Origin: Parcubacteria bacterium GBS-2
GTDB lineage: Bacteria > Patescibacteriota > Minisyncoccia > Minisyncoccales > GBS-2
NCBI GenBank assembly: GCA_001443025.1
Contig: LEKP01000007.1
Coordinates: 1 to 21,917 of the forward strand
DNA: 21,917 nucleotides
Direction: 5' to 3'
The notes below the pieces were generated by a model that worked only from the letters and a program-made list of their open reading frames with translations, did not search any database and was not told the DNA's origin. Both the position numbers and the translations under genes were made by a program. Below are positions 8,840-16,700 of the stretch, one piece after another. The first letter of the stretch is position 1. Each line of letters opens with the position of its first letter.

Positions 8840-9453
8840 GAAATTATTTCTGGAGGAATTTCAGGATAGTAGCCGACTTCAGCTTCTTCGGGATGATAGA
8901 TTGACCAGAAAAGCTCGATTAACTCCTGAGTATTAAGAGGAGCGCAAAAAAGCCCACAATTTCGCAAACCATGAGCAACAAATTCCAATCTTTGCCAAAG
9001 TTGAGTTTTCGCTCTTTCAAACTCCTCATCGCTTAAATCTCGAGTTTTTCTTTTAGCACTCGGTATTAGTACCGGAAAGAAGGGAACCACAACGTAAAAA
9101 TTTTTATTCATAATAAAACCACTTCCAACTAAACTTTTTATAAAATCTATGTAAGATCGAGTTTGAATTTTTAAAAGTTCGTTTGGCTGTTTTCTTTCTA
9201 ATTCCTCCAACTCTTCTAAGTAACCAGTTAAGTTTAATCTTCTTGATTGAACGTAAATTTGAATTTGGAAATCTAAAGAATTTAAAAAATTTTGAAATTG
9301 ATAAATTATTGCGTTTTGTTCTTCTTCAGATTTCAAGGAAAAATTTAAAGAAGAAACAGCTAAAACTCCTCTCAATGATTTATCTTTCAAGATTAAAACT
9401 CCCTCTTTAATTTCTTCTATTTCTAAAAATTGTTGAGTAGTTAATTGTGGCAT
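8836..9453 (-). CDS. VirB4-family N-terminal domain protein, a separate ORF coupled to the ATPase ORF
   Basis: 205 aa. LAVSSLNFSLKSEEEQNAIIYQFQNFLNSLDFQIQIYVQ resembles the N-terminal region of Gram-positive VirB4-like proteins. Its TGA overlaps the next ATG as ATGA at 8836-8839. Confidence 0.5.
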   Translation of the reverse strand: MPQLTTQQFLEIEEIKEGVLILKDKSLRGVLAVSSLNFSLKSEEEQNAIIYQFQNFLNSLDFQIQIYVQSRRLNLTGYLEELEELERKQPNELLKIQTRSYIDFIKSLVGSGFIMNKNFYVVVPFFPVLIPSAKRKTRDLSDEEFERAKTQLWQRLEFVAHGLRNCGLFCAPLNTQELIELFWSIYHPEEAEVGYYPEIPPEIIS

Positions 9454-9852
9454 TTATTTTTTTGTTTCAAGATTTTCAATTAAATTTCTCAACGCTCCTT
9501 CTTTTTTAAGTTTTATTTTTTCTCCGCCCATTTTTTTTATTTCCATTTCTCCCACAAATAAAGTCTGGGTTCTTTTTTTTCCCCATAAAATTACCTTTGG
9601 CGAAAAAAGAAACTTTAGCTGTGCCAGAATATAAGCATAAAGAGGAAGCTCTTCTTTTTTCATAGCAATTAAAAATATTGCAATTACAAAACATGAAAAA
9701 GAAACTGGAAAAGCGATTGAGCGAGGAAGGGAAGTATAAAGTAAAAGACAAATCATTCCAATTGTTAAAGCATAAATTAATTGTTTAAACGTTAAAGGAC
9801 CAACAATTTTTGCCTCAGTTTCGGTAAATTGTGGAAGAGTCACCAGAGGCAT
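9454..9852 (-). CDS. PrgI/VirB3-like small membrane protein
   Basis: 132 aa. N-terminus LPQFTETEAKIVGPLTFKQLIYALTIGMICLLLY followed by a second TM helix. It sits directly upstream of the VirB4-like ORFs with no gap, as in Gram-positive T4SS operons. Confidence 0.5.
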   Translation of the reverse strand: MPLVTLPQFTETEAKIVGPLTFKQLIYALTIGMICLLLYTSLPRSIAFPVSFSCFVIAIFLIAMKKEELPLYAYILAQLKFLFSPKVILWGKKRTQTLFVGEMEIKKMGGEKIKLKKEGALRNLIENLETKK

Positions 9853-9918
9853 ATTTTTATTATAGCATTTTTGTATACAAAGCGAAACATCATTTTTTGC
9901 TTCTGGATCACCAGATGA

Positions 9919-9947
9919 TTGACAAATTTTTTCAAATTTGATATAGT
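9919..9947 (+). promoter_or_regulatory. Sigma70-like promoter TTGACA-17 nt-TATAGT for the SPFH gene
   Basis: TTGACA 9919-9924, TATAGT 9942-9947, then AGGAGG at 9961-9966, 8 nt before ATG 9975. Confidence 0.5.
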
Positions 9948-9974
9948 TTAATTAGCTCATAGGAGGTGAAGAAA

Positions 9975-11111
9975 ATGTGGTGGATTGGGATTGGAATCTT
10001 AGTGATTGGAATACTGTTTGTTTTGTGGAAATCCTTCACAATAGTGGAAGAAGGTACAGCTAAGGCAGTGATGAAGCTAGGTAAATTCGATAAAATAATC
10101 TTTCAATGGGAAGGACATTGGATGGACAAAGACTGGAGTATTTGGTACGAGGGAGAAGAAGGGGCGCCAGATAGGAAAAAGGCCGAAAATAAAGTGTGGG
10201 GGAGAGTTTTCGGGAGTCTTTGGTTTTATGGAATTTGGCCAATTCACAGAATTTATGAATATACTCTGCGGTGGACGGACTTTCATAGAGTAATCGAAAA
10301 GGAAGGAAGCATTGAGAAAGTCCAATTTCATGAAGAAAAATTAGACCATGTACTTCTAAAGCCCGCTGTTTACTGGACAAAGATTTTTTCCGCTGAAACC
10401 ACACCTCCAGAGAGAATTCCAGTAAATATCGAAGTGTTAGTGACAATGAGAGTTTTTAATCCTTACCGCTTTCTATTCATTGCTCCACCGACGCCTATTG
10501 AAGATGTATTGGCTCGAATAGATGCTTTGATCAGAGAAAGAATCGCTCATTTGACAGTCGATAAAATTCTTCGGATAAGAACCGAAACTTTATGGGAAGG
10601 GTGGGAAACAGAAGATGAAAAAATTCCAGGATTAAAAGAGGAAAAACTAATCAAAGAAACCCTCCAGAGATGGGGAATGAAGATTGCTGAAAAAGGAGTG
10701 GATGTAAAAAAAGTTGAATTCCCCAAAGGATACGCTGAGGCTTTAGCAAGACGAAGGCAACTTGAATTAGAAGCAGAAGCAAAGAGAACAGAGTTTAGAA
10801 TATTATCAGAAGCAAGAGCAGCTGAGATTATGGGAACTATAATCGAAGCTATAGTAGTCGCTACTGGACTGCCAAAAGAGGAAATTCAAAAAGAATTTAC
10901 AAAGGATCCCGAAGCTTTTTATGAAAAACATAAGACCATTATCGATAATGTAATGACAAAGCTTTCAATGGAAGAGAGAGCATATTTGAGGATAGAAACG
11001 CCAGGGGCAACTGGAGCATTAGGAGATCTCATTAGACTTATTGGGGCCTGGCAAAGAATGCCAACAGGAAAAAAAGAAACTGAAACTACAAGAGGAGATT
11101 TGTTTTATTAG
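9975..11111 (+). CDS. SPFH/band-7 (stomatin/HflK-like) domain membrane protein
   Basis: N-terminal TM helix then FTIVEEGTAKAVMKLGKF. Later IPVNIEVLVTMRVFNPYRFLF...IEDVLARIDALIRERIAHLTVDKIL is typical SPFH core. A strong RBS favours ATG 9975 over the track's GTG 9966. Confidence 0.5.
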   Translation: MWWIGIGILVIGILFVLWKSFTIVEEGTAKAVMKLGKFDKIIFQWEGHWMDKDWSIWYEGEEGAPDRKKAENKVWGRVFGSLWFYGIWPIHRIYEYTLRWTDFHRVIEKEGSIEKVQFHEEKLDHVLLKPAVYWTKIFSAETTPPERIPVNIEVLVTMRVFNPYRFLFIAPPTPIEDVLARIDALIRERIAHLTVDKILRIRTETLWEGWETEDEKIPGLKEEKLIKETLQRWGMKIAEKGVDVKKVEFPKGYAEALARRRQLELEAEAKRTEFRILSEARAAEIMGTIIEAIVVATGLPKEEIQKEFTKDPEAFYEKHKTIIDNVMTKLSMEERAYLRIETPGATGALGDLIRLIGAWQRMPTGKKETETTRGDLFY

Positions 11112-11129
11112 TTTTTTACCTCCTCTTTT

Positions 11130-11564
11130 TTATTCTATTGGCTCTCTGTAAATATCCTCTTTTGGTGGAGTTGTTGGTTTTTCTAAAATTTTCTTTTTCT
11201 CTTCTGGTGCTATTAAGAACACTCTTTCTTTAATTTCTTTTGCAATTTTTTCTGCCATAAAGAGAGATAAATTCAAATCCTTTCTTAAAAGAGAAGATAG
11301 GTCTTCAAGAGAACTTTTACCCGTTAAAATTTCTTCAAGCCTATCCATTATTTTGTTAAAAGGCAAATTCTCTATTATTTTCGTTGCTTCTTCTGGAGTT
11401 TTTGCACTCTTTAACATTTCCTCTAATTCTTGATTATCAAATAAATCGGTTGGCCCAAGGTTATATTTTTTAACTATTTCAACGATTACATCGATATCCT
11501 CAGATGAAAGAAATTTTTTTTGATTTGGATTGTATTTGATCATGCTTATAACCTTCTTTGCCAA
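11130..11564 (-). CDS. Hypothetical acidic soluble protein (144 aa) within the T4SS-like block
   Basis: Clean ORF with no TM segments. It overlaps the upstream VirB6-like gene by 19 nt. I recognise no motif. Confidence 0.4.
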   Translation of the reverse strand: MAKKVISMIKYNPNQKKFLSSEDIDVIVEIVKKYNLGPTDLFDNQELEEMLKSAKTPEEATKIIENLPFNKIMDRLEEILTGKSSLEDLSSLLRKDLNLSLFMAEKIAKEIKERVFLIAPEEKKKILEKPTTPPKEDIYREPIE

Positions 11565-13747
11565 ATAGCATCACCTATTTTTTTTATTATTTCTGCTTTA
11601 TTTACATCCAATGGATCAGATGATTCTCTTAGCGTGTCAATTGTGTTTCGAATTTTTTCATGATTTTCAGATACATCTTTTCTGAGGTTTTCTCGCGTAG
11701 AAGTTGTCAGAGTAATTCCGGTCTTTTCTGCTATTATTTTTGTATAACTTTCTACCAGGGCATCTTTTTGTTTTATAGTTCCTGCTCTTATTATTCTCTC
11801 AATGTGGGTGGGTGACATTGCCGAAACTACTTCAGGATCCATGATGGCTTTCGGTCGGATTTTTATTACATCCTTTGGAGTTATTTCATCAAGGATATCT
11901 TTTGGGGTGAAGGGTCTATTAGTTTTAGGATTAATAAATTCAGGAGCCAAGTCAACTCTTAATTTTAGAACATCATTTAGATACTTACCACCTTCTTTAG
12001 TTCTGAGGAATTTTTTAAATTCATCCTTTTCTATTAAATCATCAGAAAGTTTTCCTTCCTCAAGTAATTTCTTTGTTGCCTCTCCTTTTGCAATTTCACT
12101 TGTCCATCTTGACCTTATCATTTTTTCTAACCCTTCTTTTCCGTGTTTTTTGTAAACTTCTTCTATTTCTTCCCTAGCCCTTTTCCTTTCTAATTCTTCC
12201 ATCCTTGCCTCCATCTCTTTTTTAATTCCTTCTCTTCCTAAGACTACCATTCTCTTTGTCCAACCCACTCCTTTTTTAATGGATTCCACAGTCTCTATTC
12301 CAGGTTTAAATGGTTCAGGCATTATTTTCCCCAATTCTGGTGGAATCTCCGATAATGCCATAGATAATGCACTTCTTCCTATTCTCGGTCCTACTCTTGC
12401 CCACTCTTTTCCGAATGCTTTAACGCTAGCTCCAAAAGCACTTCTTCTGGAGACCCCCGCTAGACGAGCTGCTCCCCAGGCACGAGTAGCTGCTCCTACG
12501 CTTGCCATTGCACCTCCTAATGCAAAGGTTCCAGCAGTAATAGCGACAGTCGTTGCAAGTTTTACCATTCCAATGGCTGATTCTACAGCCTGCTTTACAA
12601 CTCCAGGAGAAGTTTTTACTCCAATGTGAATGGCAAGCGCAAAAGTTAAAGCGGGTAAAAATTTAATTAATTGTTCTGCAATGAAACCTATTTCTTGATT
12701 ACAAACATTATTGATATCCGTATCTTCCACATTACACGAGGTATTTAATTTAAAATCTAGTTCCTTTGTGATTCCTAATAATAATACTCCTACTTTCAAC
12801 CAAATCAACAAAATAACTCCAATAAAAACCCACTCTAAGAAAGTGGCCCACCACCCATCCCAATTTAAAAACCCACCAAAAATCTGTCTAATTTCTCTAG
12901 TTCGCAATCCTGCAGTTAAAAAGGCAATTGGCGAAACTATTACAAGACAAGTTAAAAAAACTAACCTTAGCACAAAGACTATCCCTAAGGCCAAAAGAAC
13001 AAAGGAAATGTAGATACTTATTAATCCTAAAATCAAGGTTGAAAGCGAAATCAGAGCAAAAATTACATTATCTTTTGTAAAAAGCGTTTGGAGATCTGTA
13101 AATGTAATAAAACGATCAAAAGTGGTTGAGAGGTGGCTTATTAGTGCATTTAAAAGAGTATCATAAATTTCAGTTAAATCTGTTCCTAAATACCCCTCCG
13201 TGCTTCCTCCAACTCCTAATGCAGTACTTATAAAATTTGTTAAAGCATTTCCCCAAGAGATTAATGTTGTTGATATGGGGAAAGAAAATGAAACTAACAG
13301 AGCTGATATTATTAACGGAACTAAAGTTTTCCGTGCGTCATATTCAAATATTCTAAAAATTGTCGCCACACCTATTAAAAGTAAAAAAATTCTTACAAAA
13401 CTCAAGGCGAAATCTTTTACAATTTCCCAAGTTCCCAGGAAACCTTTAAAAACCGTTTGGTTTAACCCCAAATCTATCAATGCATTTACAAAAGGAGGGA
13501 CAATTAAACCTCCAACGAAGATAGCGATTACACCGATAAAGAAACCTACTATAGCTAAAAAGAGAAACGGAAGCCTAAAAAGAAAAGAAATTAAATACCC
13601 AATGGGTGCGCCCAAGCCAAGTGTACTCAAGAGAGAGATGATTATTTCACCAAAATCAGAAACATTAAACGCCTTTACAACTTTGGGGAAAAGGAAAAAT
13701 ATAAAAAGAGTGAAAAAGAAGAAAAGTTGTTTAATGGTTCTTTGCAT
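11546..13747 (-). CDS. Polytopic membrane protein with Ala/Gly-rich and coiled C-terminal domain; VirB6/TrbL/TcpH-like candidate
   Basis: 733 aa. Signal-like N-terminus, at least 6 predicted TM helices in the first ~400 aa, then GTFALGGAMASVGAATRAWGAARLAGVSRRSAFGASVKAFG and a charged helical tail. Its position relative to the VirB3/VirB4-like genes follows the Gram-positive T4SS order. Confidence 0.4.
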   Translation of the reverse strand: MQRTIKQLFFFFTLFIFFLFPKVVKAFNVSDFGEIIISLLSTLGLGAPIGYLISFLFRLPFLFLAIVGFFIGVIAIFVGGLIVPPFVNALIDLGLNQTVFKGFLGTWEIVKDFALSFVRIFLLLIGVATIFRIFEYDARKTLVPLIISALLVSFSFPISTTLISWGNALTNFISTALGVGGSTEGYLGTDLTEIYDTLLNALISHLSTTFDRFITFTDLQTLFTKDNVIFALISLSTLILGLISIYISFVLLALGIVFVLRLVFLTCLVIVSPIAFLTAGLRTREIRQIFGGFLNWDGWWATFLEWVFIGVILLIWLKVGVLLLGITKELDFKLNTSCNVEDTDINNVCNQEIGFIAEQLIKFLPALTFALAIHIGVKTSPGVVKQAVESAIGMVKLATTVAITAGTFALGGAMASVGAATRAWGAARLAGVSRRSAFGASVKAFGKEWARVGPRIGRSALSMALSEIPPELGKIMPEPFKPGIETVESIKKGVGWTKRMVVLGREGIKKEMEARMEELERKRAREEIEEVYKKHGKEGLEKMIRSRWTSEIAKGEATKKLLEEGKLSDDLIEKDEFKKFLRTKEGGKYLNDVLKLRVDLAPEFINPKTNRPFTPKDILDEITPKDVIKIRPKAIMDPEVVSAMSPTHIERIIRAGTIKQKDALVESYTKIIAEKTGITLTTSTRENLRKDVSENHEKIRNTIDTLRESSDPLDVNKAEIIKKIGDAIWQRRL

Positions 13748-13760
13748 TTTTATTACTTTT

Positions 13761-16700
13761 TTACCATCCTGGTAAATTGAGAGTTTTTCCGATTAAATTA
13801 ATTATCGTCCAAGAAAAAAGCATGATCAACCAACCAATTCCTACTGCTTTCCAAATTGATTTTGCTCTTTCTATTTCTTCAGAAGATCCAAACGAAAAGT
13901 AAAATCTTATTCCAGTATACAAAAGCAAAAAGACTACAGCAATGGGAGAAAGCGTCCATAAAATACAATTTAAAATATTTGCCACGACCTTTGGAATGTC
14001 AGCAAAAGTACAATTTGAGCAATGAATGAAATTTTTGCAAGTTCCAAAACCTACTTGGGCAGATTCTCTTTTTTCGTATTTTTTAGTTACAATCTCAAAC
14101 GATGCTAAATAAGACCAAGCTCCTGCTTCTTGGCATTCTGAAGAATAATAACAATCAACACAATCTAAATAACAATTTCCATAATCTTCTTTTCCTTTAC
14201 ATTCTGTTTCACACTCTGCGGGGGGTTTGCATTCTTCTTTTCTTTTGCCACAATTTTCACCGGTACAGTATTGGATTTGGTAATAATAATTTCCAAGGCA
14301 TACATTTGTACTTATTCCCGTTTTTTCGTCTTTAATAATTTCAGTGGAGGTGGGTAAAAGAGAATTATCAAGCGTATATTTCCCATTTTCAGCCAAATCT
14401 TCCTTTGTTAGAATTTTGTCAAAGACGAGAAAAGAACTTTTCGCTTTCTCTATGCAATCTTTTCTTTTTTCAAACATTCCTCCTTTGTAAAAAATTTTTA
14501 AATGAGTACAATCTGCTCCTTTTGGAATCGGAGCCCACGAAAGAGATATTTCTTCATTAGGAAGAAATTGAACTGATCCTAAAAGTTGATTAGGAGGATC
14601 TAAATAGTAACCAAAAACAGGACCAAATTTTTCACTCCATTCTCCACACTGTAAATAAGAAGGGTCATCTTTGCTACACATATCAGCGCAAGTTTTTACT
14701 TGCCAGTAATACGGAGTATCCTCTTCTAACCAATCAACCCAAAGGTTGGATTTAAGAATAGCTACTTGAGTGAGATCTGGATGAAAAATTGTTTTAACCT
14801 CATTTTCATTTTTAAAAAATTTAATCCAATAAGAAGCTGCGCCCAAAGATGCATCCCAGTTGAAATAATGAGGAATTTTTATCTTTTTGGGCGGAGGGGG
14901 ACCTGAAATTTCTTCTTTGAAAGGAGACTGGGGAGGTTCTCCAGTGATTTTTACTTTTTGATCAACATGATCACTTAAGCAGTAAAATCCCATCTCATCT
15001 GAACAAGGGTAAAAGTAAAATGTGAATTCTTTCTTCAGTCTTGAAATTGCATCATTAAGTGGTGGAAGAGAATTCCAAAATTCCCATACTTTGAAGTTAA
15101 AAGAAGTAGATTGGGTTGAAGATTTTGGGAGATATTCCACAAAAGATTTTTCATTTTCATCTTTAATTTTTAATCTTACTGATAAAAATCTCTCAATTCG
15201 TGGAAGTTGAAGAGCCTGGGTTCTATAGATTCCGAATCTTTTGTTTTCTTTGTCAAATTCTTTTTCTGGAGCTAAATATCCCTTAACAGATTTTTTGATC
15301 ATTTTATATCCCACCGGATACTGATCTTCTCTTTCTCCAAAACAACTATCTTGCTCATAATTGCACAAGTGGGTTTTTGGAAGAGTTGTTATATAAAAAT
15401 CCCACCTTAATCCTGAACCTTTATTTGGCACTCCAACAATTACGCTATTTGGAATAAAAGAAGAAAATATTGGTGAGAATTTATCTTCTTCCCACCAGGG
15501 TTGAGGTGTCCAAGGAGTTCCAGTTTTTAAAGAAAAAGGGACCCAATAAGTTTTCTTGCTACCGTAGTCTCCGAATTCTGCGTACACATCCCTTACTACT
15601 TCTAATTCTTCAACCTTATATCTTTTAGTAGAGACTAATTTGTTGTTTTCAAATTTATCATAAAATCCTAAAGGAACAGCCCCAATACAGGTGGTGGTTT
15701 GATAAGGAGGTGAGAGGGCACATTCAAAAGAAGAGAAAGGAAAACTTGCAGAAGTATCTGTTGAAATTCTAAAAGTTGGATATTGAAAGAACTTGTCGAC
15801 GATTAAAGATGACTGGCAAGCAGAAGTTTCTGTTCCGTCTTTTTGATATTTGTAACAATTACAGGGATTCTCTTGACAAAGAGAGGTAGATGTTACGTTT
15901 TCACATTCTTGTTTGGGTTTTTCTTGAAAGAAAGATTGAAGAGGAAATGCTTGATCTTCTTTCCCTTTATAAAAAGGCGCTACAAACGAGTCAGGGTAAG
16001 AACACCATTCAACATCTACATAGTCAACTTTATATTTACACCGTTTGCATTTCTCACAAATCTCTCTTTTTCCTTGATTATTCAATTTGTGACATTCTCC
16101 ACGAAGAGCAATTAAGTCTAACTCTGGGTTTTTACCACAAAGATCTTGGCAATTATCATCAGGACCTTCATCATATTGATCAAACTCTACACCCCACATA
16201 TAAAAGGAATTGAGCCCAAATTTTTCTCTGACAACTTTACTTGGCCAGACTCTATCCCAATCAACATCAATGAAACGATAAATTTTGCCCCTTTCTTTAA
16301 TGATTTCTTTGGAATCATAAGAAGTCGTTGCAATTTCTTTTATTCTAATTCCCAAAATTGACTTTATTTCAGGGCCTAAAGTATAAAAGTTCCAATCTGT
16401 TTCATTCGGTTCTGTAGGGGCAATAGGAGAACAGTTTTCAGGATCAAGCCCACAACAAGGATAAACTTTCAAGCGATAATTTTGGAAGGGAGATATTTTA
16501 CAAGGCCCTTGAATTCCTGGTTTGGTAAGTTGAACCTCTTTTGTTAAATCGTTTTCATTTGGATCTTTATACTCTATCCAACGGTAAGTTCTTTTGCTAT
16601 CTTGGGAGGGAGAGTAGACATAGAGATAATAGTTTTTTCCTTCATGTTGAAAATATCCTGGAAAACCGTAATTACGCATTTCCCTTGGATAAAATTTTGT

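Noticed and set aside
9183-9751. Small ORFs (75 aa plus strand, 81 aa minus strand) overlapping the VirB4-N and PrgI-like genes
   Set aside because: They lie inside better-supported CDSs, in the opposite or an alternative frame. Lys/Phe-rich composition is typical of AT-rich noise.
10060-10446. Two minus-strand ORFs (128 and 84 aa) inside the SPFH gene
   Set aside because: Antisense to a CDS that has a strong promoter and RBS. No motifs.
11802-13775. Plus-strand ORFs of 117, 116, 100 and 191 aa antisense to the VirB6-like gene
   Set aside because: All are embedded in the 733-aa gene. The 116-aa one merely mirrors the GC-rich Ala/Gly-coding stretch, and the 191-aa one is a Lys-rich antisense artefact.
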